This document shows positions 63,850 to 64,000 of a DNA stretch of 64,000 bases, piece by piece. The notes below the pieces were generated by a model. It saw nothing but the letters and a program-made list of their open reading frames with translations, ran no database searches and was not told where the DNA came from. Where the stretch lies: the NCBI RefSeq assembly GCF_009914755.1, contig NC_060941.1, one strand, 5' to 3'. Numbering within the stretch: position 1 is the stretch's first letter; every line of letters starts with the position of its first letter. The position numbers and the translations under genes were made by a program. This DNA is from the human T2T-CHM13v2.0 reference genome, Homo sapiens.

Positions 63850-64000
63850 TGCTTTTTTAGAGAGGGAGTCTTCCTCTGTGGCCCAGGCTGAAGAGCAGTA
63901 GTGTGATCATAGCATCATAGCTCACTGCAGCCTCCAACTCCTGGGTTCAAGGGATCCTCCCACCTCAGCCTCCCAAGTAGCTGGGACTACAAGTGTGTGC
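63850..64000 (-). mobile_element. Alu cut by the window end
   Basis: Antisense right arm. Confidence 0.85.

Overview
Human genomic DNA, Alu-dense and increasingly GC-rich to the right. The exon peptides identify it as the SOCS7-ARHGAP23 interval (17q12, recognised from memory of the proteins, not from a search). On the + strand it holds the end of a long SOCS7 intron, two coding exons for the end of the SH2 domain, the SOCS box and the C-terminus (12353-12488, 12892-13012), a 3.5-kb intron inside the 3'UTR (13043-16556) and a ~6.1-kb terminal exon ending near AATAAA at 22617. An Alu-fragmented Tigger1 and a CTCF/AP-1/MEF2 element follow. Two CpG-island first exons of ARHGAP23 come next (MEQ| at 36435-36443 and [21 protein letters not shown]| at 45527-45589), then intron 1; exon 2 is not in the window. 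Nearly all ORFs in the track are artefacts of Alu, L1, Tigger, simple repeats or high GC. No new protein-coding system is supported. The most unusual signals cluster around SOCS7 3' processing: (i) a gap-free 240-bp non-Alu inverted duplication with a template-switch scar in the 3'UTR intron; (ii) a hidden alternative SOCS-box ending (LPLPK-HLVAKLQL*) at the start of the nominally non-coding last exon; (iii) an in-frame competing splice donor inside the SOCS box; (iv) a palindromic minisatellite made of 13 Pumilio elements. The upstream ARHGAP23 exon also carries a polyproline uORF. Repeat boundaries were read by eye and are approximate.
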